Below are positions 16,798 through 26,867 of a stretch of DNA of 46,559 nt, one piece after another. The notes below the pieces were generated by a model, which saw only the letters and a program-made list of their open reading frames with translations, did no database searches and was not told where the DNA came from. Numbering within the stretch: position 1 is the first letter of the stretch; each line of letters begins with the position of its first letter. The DNA is from a virus: UHGV virus genome UHGV-0172001; one strand, 5' to 3'. Made by a program: the position numbers and the translations under genes.

Positions 16798-17615
16798 AGC
16801 TGGAAGATTTACCGAAATACTATTCCCCGAAATCGCCAGGCCTGACTGATGCATCCGCCTCGACATCAAAAGATGCACTGAGTATCACTGATGTGATGGC
16901 TGCACAGGGCATGACACAGAACCGGGCTGAGATGGGATTTTCTGCGTTCCTGGGGAAAATGGGCATTAGTATGAACGACAGGGCGCGGGCAACAGAATTA
17001 CTGGCAGATTATGCATTAAGTCAGTGCGATCGCGTGGCGGCGTTAAGAAAACTTCCGGCAGAAATAAAACCGGCAGTGATGCGCATTATGGCTTCGTATG
17101 CTTTTGAGGATTATGCCCGCAGCGCAGCGAGTAAAAAGCAGTGCCCTTGTTGCCATGGGGAAAAATTTATTGAAAGCGAAGTTTTTACAAACAAGGTTCA
17201 GTATCCGGATGGTAAGCCGCCAGTATGGGCAAAGTGTACAAAAGGCGTGTATCCGTCTTACTGGGAAGAATGGAAAAAAATCCGGGAGGTGGTGAAAGTT
17301 TCCTGTCCTGAATGTAAAGGGAAGGGGGAGATCTCCACTGCCTGTAAAGACTGCCGTGGGCGTGGTGTTGCCATTCATCGTGAAGAGTCAGAAAAACGGG
17401 GTATGCCTGTTATCAGGGACTGCCGGCGTTGTGGCGGTCGTGGCCATGAAAGATTACCGTCAACGGAGGCATTTAATGCCATATGCAAAGTGACGAGTGC
17501 TATCACGCTTGATACATGGAAAAAATCAGTGAAACGCTTTTACGATACGTTGGTGGTTCGGTTTGACATTGAAGAGGCATGGGCAGAGCGGCAGTTAAAG
17601 AGGGTAACGCGATAG
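16794..17615 (+). CDS. Late-gene antiterminator Q (phage 82/933W-type)
   Basis: SPKSP, TDVMAAQGM, ASYAFEDYARSAA, multiple CxxC zinc knuckles, RFYDTLVV; followed by a promoter-like element and terminator. Confidence 0.85.
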   Translation: MKLEDLPKYYSPKSPGLTDASASTSKDALSITDVMAAQGMTQNRAEMGFSAFLGKMGISMNDRARATELLADYALSQCDRVAALRKLPAEIKPAVMRIMASYAFEDYARSAASKKQCPCCHGEKFIESEVFTNKVQYPDGKPPVWAKCTKGVYPSYWEEWKKIREVVKVSCPECKGKGEISTACKDCRGRGVAIHREESEKRGMPVIRDCRRCGGRGHERLPSTEAFNAICKVTSAITLDTWKKSVKRFYDTLVVRFDIEEAWAERQLKRVTR

Positions 17616-17620
17616 TGTTG

Positions 17621-17648
17621 TTGATTTTTCCCGAATCTGTGGTAAATT
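17621..17648 (+). promoter_or_regulatory. Candidate late promoter PR' (Q-modified)
   Basis: TTGATT (17621-17626), 16-bp spacer, TGgTAAATT extended -10 (17640-17648); immediately downstream of Q. Confidence 0.4.
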
Positions 17649-17696
17649 CGCCATAACGATGGGCTTTTTGTGCCTGACGTTAGCGTGATTTCTACA

Positions 17697-17720
17697 GCCC
17701 GCCAGCGAGCGGGTTTTTTG
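17697..17720 (+). terminator. tR'-like terminator downstream of the late promoter
   Basis: CCCGCCAGCGAGCGGG plus T6. Confidence 0.7.
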
Positions 17721-17880
17721 TTGTGATAGATAACAACTCCAGGTGGCATTCATTAGTGAATATTAGTTAATGTGTGCTGCCATGCGTTAAAAGATGTCAA
17801 TTCGTTATTGACCGATATCAAATTATGGAAAGATGAATATCATTACTATTGAAAATTCGTTGTTTCAATAGGTGATATTT

Positions 17881-18597
17881 ATGCATAAACTAATTAAGCT
17901 GTTTTCATTTTTTATTGCACTATCGATATCTCAGTGTTATGCCACTAGTAATGAATTCATAAGCGCCAGTAACAGTAGGGCATTTTCATTTTTTTTGCCT
18001 ACAGGGCAAGCAATGGCTATCCAGTATCTTGATGGACTTAAAAGATATTCAGCGAGCGAGATTATAGACGACTTCAATAATAATGAATTGAGAGCGAAGA
18101 AAAAGTATAAAGATGTATTCATCATAAACTCAACAGCGCGGGCGATTAAGCAAGACCTTGATGATAGGTTTTTTGTTCTGCTAAGGGATGGTAATAGTGG
18201 ATTTGAATCGTTTTATGCTTACTATGATAAGAAATCAGAAGGTGACTTAGAGTTTCTTAACGAAGGTGATAATGTGGAGTTTATTTGCTCCAATGTTAAA
18301 AACATCATTATGCCAAGAGCGGAATGTTTTTCTATCGCTTTAAATCTTGAATCTCAAAATATTCAGGGAAATCCTATAAGATTTTTTGATAATGCTTATA
18401 AGTTGCAAAACACTTATAAGGCTACAAAAATAACATTTATACTTTATTCTCTTCTGAAGGATAAAATTGAAAAGGACTGCGAAGAATCTATTGAAGCATG
18501 CAACCTAGCTGCCAGGAAGTTTACGGATAATGGCGCATTACTTGACTCCATGCTTGAACCTTATGCGGATATGTTAAGTAAAATCGGTAACAATTAA
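17881..18597 (+). CDS. AT-rich secreted protein of unknown function (moron)
   Basis: Signal-peptide-like MHKLIKLFSFFIALSISQCYA; markedly AT-rich coding sequence; own hairpin plus T run at 18610-18640; located between Q and lysis. Confidence 0.6.
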   Translation: MHKLIKLFSFFIALSISQCYATSNEFISASNSRAFSFFLPTGQAMAIQYLDGLKRYSASEIIDDFNNNELRAKKKYKDVFIINSTARAIKQDLDDRFFVLLRDGNSGFESFYAYYDKKSEGDLEFLNEGDNVEFICSNVKNIIMPRAECFSIALNLESQNIQGNPIRFFDNAYKLQNTYKATKITFILYSLLKDKIEKDCEESIEACNLAARKFTDNGALLDSMLEPYADMLSKIGNN

Positions 18598-18609
18598 CAA
18601 GGTTACATT

Positions 18610-18640
18610 CCAGCCATCCTGCCAGGGCTGCTTTTTTTTA
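18610..18640 (+). terminator. Terminator-like hairpin after the moron
   Basis: CAGCC-N10-GGCTG followed by T8. Confidence 0.5.
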
Positions 18641-18720
18641 CCTCATTTACATCTATTGCTTGCTGGCTTTTTCGACAAGAGTTATTGGTATGTCACGTTA
18701 ACCAGAAAAGGGAAAAAGAC

Positions 18721-18918
18721 ATGCTAAAACAGCAGGATATGACCGAAACCGCCAGAGTGGTGTTTAATGAGTTAAGCGTCAGCGAACCGGCGACCGTCGG
18801 GGAGATTGCACAGAATACTTACCTTTCACGCGAACGCTGCCAGTTAATACTGACCCAGCTTGTTATGGCGGGTCTGGCAGATTATCAGTTCGGTTGTTAC
18901 AGACGCCTTCCGCAGTGA
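18721..18918 (+). CDS. Hypothetical small protein
   Basis: ORF; start uncertain. Confidence 0.35.
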   Translation: MLKQQDMTETARVVFNELSVSEPATVGEIAQNTYLSRERCQLILTQLVMAGLADYQFGCYRRLPQ

Positions 18919-19068
18919 AGGCTTTTTAATTTGTGGTAATGGGCGGCTGGTGGGTGTTAGCGGCACCTGCCAGCCATCTGCTCATGCGTTGGGGTCACAA
19001 GCAAACCTCAGGCCCATCTGCTTTGCGCAAAAGCAGAATGAGCCTATCAGAGAAGTGCTTATTGATCT

Positions 19069-20115
19069 ATGGCTAATACTGTAAAAATATCCAGTTGTGA
19101 GTTAATCAACGCTGATTGCCTGGAATTTATCCAGACCTTACCGGAAAACTCTGTCGATCTGATAGTCACAGACCCGCCATACTTTAAAGTGAAGCCCGAA
19201 GGCTGGGATAACCAGTGGAAGGGTGACGATGATTATCTGAAATGGCTGGACCAGTGTCTGGCGCAATTCTGGCGGGTATTAAAGCCTGCCGGAAGTCTTT
19301 ACCTGTTCTGTGGTCATCGCCTGGCATCTGATATCGAAATCATGATGCGTGAACGCTTTAATGTGCTGAACCACATTATCTGGGCGAAGCCGTCCGGGCG
19401 CTGGAACGGGTGCAACAAGGAAAGCCTGCGGGCGTATTTTCCGGCAACAGAACGCATTCTGTTTGCTGAACATTATCAGGGGCCATACCAGCCCAAAAAT
19501 GACGGCTATGCGGCAAAGGGGCGCGAGCTAAAACAGCACGTCATGGCCCCGCTGATTTCTTACTTTCGTGATGCGCGTGAATTACTGGGAATAACGTCAA
19601 AACAGATAGCGGAAGCCACCGGAAAGAAAAACATGGCTTCGCACTGGTTTGGCACCAGTCAGTGGCAGTTGCCGAACGAAGGCGATTATCTGAAATTACA
19701 GGCGTTGTTTGCGCGTGTTGCAGCAGAAAAACATCAGCGCGGTGAACTGGAAAAGCCACACCACCAGCTGGTCAGCACATACAGTGAACTGAACCGGCAA
19801 TATGCCAGTCTGCTGGAGGAGTACAAATCCCTGCGGCGTTATTTTTCCGTATCGGCTGCCGTTCCGTATACGGATGTCTGGACGCACAAGCCTGTGCAGT
19901 ATTACCCCGGCAAACATCCCTGTGAGAAACCGGCGGATATGTTGCGTCAGATAATTACCGCCAGCAGCCATCCGGGAGATTTGGTCGCTGATTTTTTTAT
20001 GGGGTCGGGGTCAACAATAAAAGCAGCATTATCGCTGGGAAGGCGTGCAATAGGTGTGGAACTGGAAGAAGAGAGATTTAACCAGACTGTAATTGAAATA
20101 AAAAATAATCGTTAA
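19069..20115 (+). CDS. DNA N6-adenine/N4-cytosine methyltransferase, beta class, orphan
   Basis: Motif IV DPPY near the N-terminus (LIVTDPPYF) and motif I FxGxG near the C-terminus (DFFMGSGST); no adjacent restriction gene. Confidence 0.9.
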   Translation: MANTVKISSCELINADCLEFIQTLPENSVDLIVTDPPYFKVKPEGWDNQWKGDDDYLKWLDQCLAQFWRVLKPAGSLYLFCGHRLASDIEIMMRERFNVLNHIIWAKPSGRWNGCNKESLRAYFPATERILFAEHYQGPYQPKNDGYAAKGRELKQHVMAPLISYFRDARELLGITSKQIAEATGKKNMASHWFGTSQWQLPNEGDYLKLQALFARVAAEKHQRGELEKPHHQLVSTYSELNRQYASLLEEYKSLRRYFSVSAAVPYTDVWTHKPVQYYPGKHPCEKPADMLRQIITASSHPGDLVADFFMGSGSTIKAALSLGRRAIGVELEEERFNQTVIEIKNNR

Positions 20116-20284
20116 ATGTGTGTATCATCATTTCTGCATTTTATGAATAATAGAAATTTATACATATATTTACGAATATTGACACGGTTTTTAATTGAAA
20201 AAGTATCTGTCCTCATTAATATTCTTTTTCGGTTCCGAGGGGGATGTAAAGCGCGGTCATTTTTATTTTTCCTGAGGAACCAAT

Positions 20285-20360
<76 letters not shown>

Positions 20361-20363
20361 TAT

Positions 20364-20439
<76 letters not shown>

Positions 20440-20801
20440 CATTTGAAATAAGCCTTATTGTATTGCAGCACTGGCGTATTTTTTATTACGTGGGAGCAGG
20501 TTGTTTTGAAAAAGCATTCTGTTCTCTGGCTATGATTTGAGGCCAGGTTAGCCTCAGTGCTGATTTTTCTGCGACAGCAGAATGGTGCATTGCTGGTGGA
20601 GATTTTGTATTTCCTGGCAGGGTCGGTGATGCATCATTCTGGTGTTGTAAATAACACCACCGGGGTGTTCCTCAGAGCGAGGGTGGTTAAAAGAGTCGGT
20701 TTAACGGGAAATCACAGTATTCATACAGGACGGAATACTTCGGGAGGCACCCGACACCTCGGTTTTATTACAATTAAGAATGTATTTCTTGCATTGACCA
20801 A

Positions 20802-20827
20802 CCGCCGTATCCGGCGGTTTTTTTTAT
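20802..20827 (+). terminator. Rho-independent terminator
   Basis: CCGCCG-tat-CCGGCGG plus T10. Confidence 0.7.
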
Positions 20828-20957
20828 TCAGAATCTCGTTTCTTTATGGTTCGCTGCGGCGGGCCTTTTTTATATCTGCGTTTCACTCAACGTGTATTGA
20901 ATCTGAATACATCACATAAAAGACATCGGTGGATGCCTTCGACGGGGTGTTTTATTA

Positions 20958-20981
20958 CGGGCCGCTGGCGGCCCTTTTTTA
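20958..20981 (+). terminator. Rho-independent terminator just upstream of the lysis genes
   Basis: GGGCCGC-tg-GCGGCCC plus T6. Confidence 0.7.
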
Positions 20982-20999
20982 TTTACAGGAGAAAAAAGT

Positions 21000-21392
21000 A
21001 TGTCTGAACCCTTGTCCGGTTCCGGCACGGCTGCGGCGCTCGGTGGGGCGACGGTATTCGGGCTGTTTACCGGAACGGATTTCGGGATTGTGTTTGGTGC
21101 GTTCGCCGGGGCGTTATTTGTGGCAACGATGCCGCAGGCGCTTTCAGCCTGGCGTGTGGCGGCGCATTTTCTGGTGTCGTTCATTATCGGCGTGCTGGGC
21201 GCAGAGGTTCTGGCATCCTGGCTGGTAAAGCATACAGGGTTTGACGGTGCACCTGTTGACGCACTGTGTGCAGTACTGGTGTCAGTGGTGTCGGTGAAGA
21301 TTCTGTCATTCATCCACCAGCAGGATATTGCATCACTGGTGTCCGGCCTGTTCTCCCGTCTGCGTGGCGGAGGAGGCGGCAATGTTAAGTAA
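21000..21392 (+). CDS. Putative holin (multi-TM lysis protein)
   Basis: Three to four hydrophobic helices, charged C-terminus; first gene of the lysis cluster after SD CAGGAGAAAAAAG. Confidence 0.5.
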   Translation: MSEPLSGSGTAAALGGATVFGLFTGTDFGIVFGAFAGALFVATMPQALSAWRVAAHFLVSFIIGVLGAEVLASWLVKHTGFDGAPVDALCAVLVSVVSVKILSFIHQQDIASLVSGLFSRLRGGGGGNVK

Positions 21393-21657
21393 CCTTCCCG
21401 GATTACTGAATGTGGCGTTATGCACGGTTATCGTGCTGACGCTCTTTTTTTATCGTCGCCGTGATTCCAGACATAAACCGCTGATGTCATGGCTGGCCTG
21501 GCTGCTGATGCTGCTGTATGCCTTTGCGCCCCTCAGCTATCTGTGTGGTCGCCCGTTAGCAACGGGCTGGCTGGAAGTGTTTTTTAACCTGCTGTTCTGC
21601 GTGCTGGTGATACGCGCACGCGGGAACGTCACAAAAATCTTTCCATTGTTGAGGTGA
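21382..21657 (+). CDS. Second small membrane protein of the lysis cassette (holin/antiholin-like)
   Basis: ATG 21382 after GGAGGAGGCGGC; two to three TM helices; overlaps the holin 3' end. Confidence 0.45.
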   Translation: MLSNLPGLLNVALCTVIVLTLFFYRRRDSRHKPLMSWLAWLLMLLYAFAPLSYLCGRPLATGWLEVFFNLLFCVLVIRARGNVTKIFPLLR

Positions 21658-21659
21658 AT

Positions 21660-22037
21660 ATGTCGGGTAAATTCAGATTTAGTCGTCGCAGCGAAAAGAA
21701 TCTGGAGGGCGTTAAACCACAGCTGGTTGCTGTCGTTCGCCGTGCGCTGGAGCTGACGGAGGTTGATTTCGGTATTACGGAAGGCCTGCGCAGTAAGTAT
21801 CGCCAGAAACAGCTGGTCGCGGAAGGGAAAAGCCAGACCATGAACAGCCGCCACCTGACCGGTGATGCGGTGGATGTTGTGGCCTACATTGGCAGCCAGG
21901 TGTCATGGGACTGGCCTCTGTACGAGAAAATCGCGCAGGCATTTAAGCAGGCTGCTGCAGAGCTGGGGACTGCCATCGAATGGGGCGGGGACTGGAAAAC
22001 ACTGAAAGACGGGCCTCACTTTCAGTTGAAACGCTGA
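21660..22037 (+). CDS. Endolysin, peptidase M15 family (L-alanyl-D-glutamate peptidase type)
   Basis: About 125 aa; VRRALELTEVDFGITEGLRS...SRHLTGDAVDV...GGDW pattern of small VanY/M15 phage endolysins (His/Asp zinc ligands). Confidence 0.75.
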   Translation: MSGKFRFSRRSEKNLEGVKPQLVAVVRRALELTEVDFGITEGLRSKYRQKQLVAEGKSQTMNSRHLTGDAVDVVAYIGSQVSWDWPLYEKIAQAFKQAAAELGTAIEWGGDWKTLKDGPHFQLKR

Positions 22038-22051
22038 TAACCAGGTGTGTT

Positions 22052-22249
22052 ATGAGCAGAAAACACTGGACGCACAGAATGCCGCGAACGGCGGCGAAAT
22101 GGGTACTGGTAGAGATACTGGTGCCTTTTTTATTGGTGGGATGCGTCAGCCTGGATAAAGCGCGTCAGCTTTTCGATACAGCCTCTCAGGTCTGTGAAAT
22201 TGTCGACGCTGTTAGATGCTGCGTTAAAATAAATGATCATTATCAATGA
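22052..22249 (+). CDS. Small lipoprotein, possible o-spanin-like lysis accessory
   Basis: Lipobox L-V-G-C after a hydrophobic leader (ILVPFLLVGC); immediately after the endolysin. Confidence 0.4.
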   Translation: MSRKHWTHRMPRTAAKWVLVEILVPFLLVGCVSLDKARQLFDTASQVCEIVDAVRCCVKINDHYQ

Positions 22250-22307
22250 GTTAGATTGTGCCCGGTGATAATTTCTCCATGCGTACGCAACAATTGGAGA
22301 AATACGT

Positions 22308-22514
22308 ATGAAGTACTATGTTCACACTCTTGAAGATGCTCAGAACGATCACGAAGTTCATACAGAAACTTGTTTTCGACTTCCTGACGCAAACAATCGT
22401 AAGGAGCTGGGTGAGTTTAACTCATGCGAGCCAGCTGTGAGGGCTGCAAAAAATCTGGGCTACACAAGAGCAAATGGGTGTTACTGGTGCTGTAGAGATT
22501 GCCATACATCCTGA
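22308..22514 (+). CDS. Hypothetical Cys-rich small protein
   Basis: ATG 22308 with GGAG upstream; CYWCCRDCH. Confidence 0.4.
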   Translation: MKYYVHTLEDAQNDHEVHTETCFRLPDANNRKELGEFNSCEPAVRAAKNLGYTRANGCYWCCRDCHTS

Positions 22515-22593
22515 CAGAAGATGTGAACTTAATGGTAAAGGTCGCTTCGGCGGCCTTTTTTATTGCTCAAAAAACGAAAGAACGGAGGTACGT

Positions 22594-22875
22594 ATGTACG
22601 CACTGAAAAAAATTACGGTAACTGAAGATGGTCGCCAGGTTGAGGAAGTGCATGTCCTTGGGGATATGTATCGCCTGGAGTTCTATCCGCGTGACACTCA
22701 TCTTGCTGCAAAAATTGAGTATTGCCGGGACGGGAATACTCCATGTATTCCGGTAGAAAAAGAGGATGAGGTTTACATTACCACACTGACCGGAGACACG
22801 GTGCGTTGTATCTGTCGCGGTGACAGTAAAGCCCGGGATGAAATAGCCAGATGTCGCACTCATACCAGTAAATAA
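22594..22875 (+). CDS. Hypothetical protein
   Basis: ATG 22594 after GGAGG. Confidence 0.4.
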   Translation: MYALKKITVTEDGRQVEEVHVLGDMYRLEFYPRDTHLAAKIEYCRDGNTPCIPVEKEDEVYITTLTGDTVRCICRGDSKARDEIARCRTHTSK

Positions 22876-23138
22876 AAAGTAAAGTCCCGGCTGCGCCAAT
22901 TATTTGATGCAGCTCCTCAGGCCTGTCCGCTGATTGATGGCATCCGGCAGTGTCTGCAGAACTGATCGCCTGTAAGAGCAGAATATTTCGCTGAAAAATG
23001 AAGGATGCGCCAGCGTCCGGAAAGCATGAAATTCTGCTGTGTGTGTCAATTTGTCTTATACATTCTGAATCTTGCCGAATCAGGATGAACTTTGAACAAC
23101 AGCCCGGGCGGCAAGGGGCATTTTTATCCGGAGGGGAT

Positions 23139-23363
23139 ATGAAGAGATTACTGGTAACCGTAAAGCCCTTTAACGGAACGATTCCATTCAGGGTTTTGCA
23201 GCGTGGACGTGTTCTGGTTAAGGATATCTTCAGTGGTAAATGCACGGAGTGTTATTCCCGGACATATGAAGTGGATGCCACGGATGAAGAAATTTCTGTT
23301 GAATGTGATCTGAACGCAAATATGGCGGGGATTGTAACGGCCACGTTGTTGCCTATTTCATGA
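23139..23363 (+). CDS. Hypothetical protein
   Basis: ATG 23139 after GGAGGGG. Confidence 0.4.
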   Translation: MKRLLVTVKPFNGTIPFRVLQRGRVLVKDIFSGKCTECYSRTYEVDATDEEISVECDLNANMAGIVTATLLPIS

Positions 23364-23403
23364 ATGACATAGAATGTCTCTGGGTACCCAAAAGGAGAAC
23401 ACT

Positions 23404-23619
23404 ATGTTTGTAGAAAATAACCTGAAGGCTGATCCTGATAATCAGGGATGGGTTCTGGGTTGGGCTGTAGTACGTGACAAACCCTGGCATCTGGTCGGCA
23501 TTTATGCAACGGAGGATGGCGCAAAGTCTAAACGCTCTGAATTGAATGGGGAGTATGAAGTTCGTTATGGTTCCCATCGTTTAGGTAGTGATGATTTTAT
23601 GTCTGTCGGACTTAGCTAA
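23404..23619 (+). CDS. Hypothetical protein
   Basis: ATG 23404 after AAAGGAG; followed by terminator 23641-23667. Confidence 0.4.
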   Translation: MFVENNLKADPDNQGWVLGWAVVRDKPWHLVGIYATEDGAKSKRSELNGEYEVRYGSHRLGSDDFMSVGLS

Positions 23620-23640
23620 CTGGCTGTGATGCCTGTTTGT

Positions 23641-23667
23641 AGCCCCGCAAATGCGGGGCTTTTTTAT
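23641..23667 (+). terminator. Rho-independent terminator
   Basis: AGCCCCGC-aaat-GCGGGGCT plus T6. Confidence 0.75.
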
Positions 23668-23675
23668 ATCTGGAG

Positions 23676-23978
23676 ATGATGATGGAAAAAACAGAAAACA
23701 AACCGGTTGTAATTGGTGCCGCTGCTGTTCCGTTTAAGTTTGAACTGTCACAACTGGTGGAAGTATGCATCAGTGATGAATGGGGTGAGGTTAAAGCTCG
23801 CGCTCAGTATGCGGGTGGCGAAAATCAGTACTTACTCCACTACAAAGCAGCTGATGGTCGCGCCACGACGGAGTGGTTTGGTGAGTCAATGCTGGAAGCA
23901 ACAGAAGATGATCGTCATCCTGGTTGTCCGGTATTTGCCGGTATGGAATTACCGAAAGGCGCGGTAGTTACTGAGTAA
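23676..23978 (+). CDS. Hypothetical protein
   Basis: 100-aa ORF; followed by a 14-bp perfect stem-loop at 23983-24021. Confidence 0.45.
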   Translation: MMMEKTENKPVVIGAAAVPFKFELSQLVEVCISDEWGEVKARAQYAGGENQYLLHYKAADGRATTEWFGESMLEATEDDRHPGCPVFAGMELPKGAVVTE

Positions 23979-24342
23979 CAGGCATTACAGCAGCCCTTCA
24001 CTCTAAGGGGCTGCTGTAATGTGAGAAATAAAAAACCGGCAGGGGAAATCCATTGAAGATTTGCCGGTGGCAAAAGAGGGCCATGTTTTTAACCTTAGTC
24101 GCAGAGTTACGGAGTGCAACTACGAATGCTGCCGGTATATGGCTGAATGGCGTTTCAATGATGTACGTCATCTTATCTGTAAATGTTAATGATAAACGCT
24201 CCCATTTGTGCGGGTCCTTTCCGGAATCTGAAACACCGAGGGTACGCGTACGCGCAAAAACGCGCTATTTATGAAAATTTTCAGGGAAAAAGCAGATCCG
24301 TTCTTCTTCTGGCTAACCTGTTGTTTAATATAATTTTCTTGA

Positions 24343-24410
24343 AAAAAAGAAAGGATCTGGCAGCGGTAATTTTTCGCTGAAAAAAGCATTTTGAGATCCT
24401 TTCTTCTTTT
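24343..24410. repeat. Inverted repeat immediately upstream of the terminase small subunit (candidate cos / terminase-recognition region)
   Basis: AAGAAAGGATCT (24347-24358) and AGATCCTTTCTT (24394-24405), perfect 12-bp arms, 35-bp spacer. Confidence 0.4.
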
Positions 24411-24427
24411 TGTGGGGGATATGTGAC

Positions 24428-24976
24428 GTGAAGGTTAACAAAAAGAAACTGGCGGAGATTTTTGAGTGCGATGTCAGAACAATCACTGGCTGGCAAAGTC
24501 AGGGGCTGAGAATTTTGTCGGGGGGAGGCAAAGGTATCGAGGCCATGTTCAATACTGCAGAAGCCATTGAGTGGTATGCGCAGCGGGAAAAAGATATCGA
24601 AAACGAAAAGCTCCGCAAGGAACTGGAAGATTTGCGTTCGGCTGCAGAATCAGATTTACAACCCGGCACCATTGACTATGAACGCTACCGGCTCACAAAA
24701 GCACAGGCTGACGCACAGGAGCTGAAAAATGCCCGCGAAGAAGGGCTGGTGCTGGAAACGGAATTGTTTACCTTCATTCTGCAACGTGTGGCTCAGGAGA
24801 TTTCGGGAATACTTGTACGTGTGCCGCTGACATTACAGCGTAAATATCCGGATATTTCACCGTCACACCTTGATGTGGTGAAAACTGAAATCGCAAAAGC
24901 CTCCAATGTTGCAGCTAAAGCCGGTGAAAACGTGGGCAGGTGGATTGATGATTTCAGACGCACAGAAGGCAGCTAA
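24428..24976 (+). CDS. Terminase small subunit (lambda Nu1-like)
   Basis: [12 protein letters not shown]...GGGKG...[29 protein letters not shown] parallels lambda Nu1; GTG 24428 preferred (TTG 24410 opens the ORF). Confidence 0.9.
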   Translation: MKVNKKKLAEIFECDVRTITGWQSQGLRILSGGGKGIEAMFNTAEAIEWYAQREKDIENEKLRKELEDLRSAAESDLQPGTIDYERYRLTKAQADAQELKNAREEGLVLETELFTFILQRVAQEISGILVRVPLTLQRKYPDISPSHLDVVKTEIAKASNVAAKAGENVGRWIDDFRRTEGS

Positions 24977-26864
24977 TGCAGCCGGTGCGATAACCACAGG
25001 GCTTTTATCTCTCAATATTCCGGTACCACTGACGACAGTTCAGTGGGCTGATCGACATTATTATCTGCCGAAAGAATCTTCATATACCCCCGGGCAATGG
25101 GAAACACTGCCGTTTCAGGTCGCCATTATGAACAGCATGGGAAATGACCGGATCCGCACTGTTAATCTGATTAAATCGGCGCGCGTTGGCTACACCAAAA
25201 TGCTGTTGGGGGTGGAGGCTTATTTTATTGAGCATAAATCCCGTAACAGTCTGCTTTTTCAGCCAACAGATTCTGCTGCAGAAGATTTCATGAAATCTCA
25301 TGTTGAGCCAACGATAAGGGATGTCCCTGCATTGCTGGAGCTGGCTCCATGGTTCGGAAGAAAGCACCGCGATAATACACTCACCCTGAAGCGTTTTTCC
25401 TCCGGCGTGGGTTTCTGGTGCCTGGGCGGTGCCGCGGCTAAAAACTACCGTGAAAAATCTGTGGATGTGGTCTGCTATGACGAACTCTCCTCGTTTGAAC
25501 CGGATGTGGAAAAAGAAGGTTCGCCGACGTTGCTTGGCGATAAACGTATCGAAGGCTCTGTATGGCCTAAATCCATACGCGGTTCAACGCCAAAAATTAA
25601 AGGCTTCTGCCAGATTGAGAAAGCCGCGAATGAATCTGCGCATTTCATGCGGTTTTATGTTCCTTGCCCTCATTGCGGGGAGACCCAGTATCTGAAGTTT
25701 GGCGATGATGCGACGCCGTTTGGCCTGAAATGGGAGAAGGGTAAACCGGAAACGGTGTATTACCTGTGTGAACACAATGGCTGTGTGATCCGCCAGTCAG
25801 AACTTGACCAGAGCGACGGACGCTGGATTTGTGACAATACCGGGATGTGGACGCAAGACGGCCTGACATTTTACAGCGCCAGTGATGAGGAGATACCGCC
25901 ACCGCGCTCAATCACGTACCACGTGTGGACGGCGTACAGTCCGTTCACCACCTGGGTACAGATTGTTTATGACTGGCTGGATGCGCTGAAGGATCCGAAC
26001 GGCGTCAAGACGTTTATTAACACCACGCTCGGAGAACCCTATGAAGAGGCCGTGGCAGAAAAGCTGAGTTTCGAGTTATTGCTGGAAAAGGTCTGTCACT
26101 ATGGCGCGCAGGTTCCCCTGCGGGTGGTTTACCTGACTGCCGGGATCGACTCCCAGAAAGATCGCTATGAAATTTATGTCTGGGGCTGGGCTCCCGGCGA
26201 AGAAGCCTTTCTGATTGACAAGCAAATTATCATGGGGCGACCGGAAGACGAGGACACCCTTAAACGTGTTGATGCGGTGATCAGGAAAAAATACCGCCAT
26301 GCTGACGGTACTGAAATTTCCATTTCCCGCGTCTGCTGGGATACCGGTGGTATCGACCAGGACATTGTGTATCAGCGTTCCAGAAAGCACGGCACTTTTT
26401 TTGTGCTTCCCATTAAAGGAGCATCGGTGTACGGCAAGCCGGTGATCACCATGCCCAAAAAGCGCAACCAGCGTGGGGTGTTTTTGTGTGAGGTGGGCTC
26501 TGATACCGTCAAGGAAATGCTGTACGCCCGTTTTGCCCTGCCGGTGGTCTCTGCCAGTGAAGCCGCCCCGTATACCTTCCGTTTTCCGGATAACCCGGAC
26601 ATTTTTTCGGAAGAAGAGGCGCGTCAGATCGTGGCGGAAGAACTGGTGGAGAAGGTGGTTAATGGCAGAGTGAAACTGCTGTGGGATAAAAAAGGGCGAC
26701 GCAACGAAGCCCTCGACTGCCTGGTATATGCCTATGCTGCCCTGCGTATTTCAGTTCAGCGATGGCAGCTGGACCTTGAGGCGCTGGCCCGGGCACGAAG
26801 AGATGAGCAGGATGAGGATGATATGAGTCTGGAAGAAATCGCGGCTGCACTGAGTGGAGGATAA
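24948..26864 (+). CDS. Terminase large subunit (lambda gpA-like)
   Basis: [80 protein letters not shown]: extensive collinear similarity to lambda A. Confidence 0.95.
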   Translation: MISDAQKAANAAGAITTGLLSLNIPVPLTTVQWADRHYYLPKESSYTPGQWETLPFQVAIMNSMGNDRIRTVNLIKSARVGYTKMLLGVEAYFIEHKSRNSLLFQPTDSAAEDFMKSHVEPTIRDVPALLELAPWFGRKHRDNTLTLKRFSSGVGFWCLGGAAAKNYREKSVDVVCYDELSSFEPDVEKEGSPTLLGDKRIEGSVWPKSIRGSTPKIKGFCQIEKAANESAHFMRFYVPCPHCGETQYLKFGDDATPFGLKWEKGKPETVYYLCEHNGCVIRQSELDQSDGRWICDNTGMWTQDGLTFYSASDEEIPPPRSITYHVWTAYSPFTTWVQIVYDWLDALKDPNGVKTFINTTLGEPYEEAVAEKLSFELLLEKVCHYGAQVPLRVVYLTAGIDSQKDRYEIYVWGWAPGEEAFLIDKQIIMGRPEDEDTLKRVDAVIRKKYRHADGTEISISRVCWDTGGIDQDIVYQRSRKHGTFFVLPIKGASVYGKPVITMPKKRNQRGVFLCEVGSDTVKEMLYARFALPVVSASEAAPYTFRFPDNPDIFSEEEARQIVAEELVEKVVNGRVKLLWDKKGRRNEALDCLVYAYAALRISVQRWQLDLEALARARRDEQDEDDMSLEEIAAALSGG

Positions 26865-26867
26865 GTG

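Noticed and set aside
20557-20919. 120-aa ORF between the tRNAs and the holin
   Set aside because: Spans two terminators, has no ribosome-binding site and a low-complexity translation; treated as non-coding
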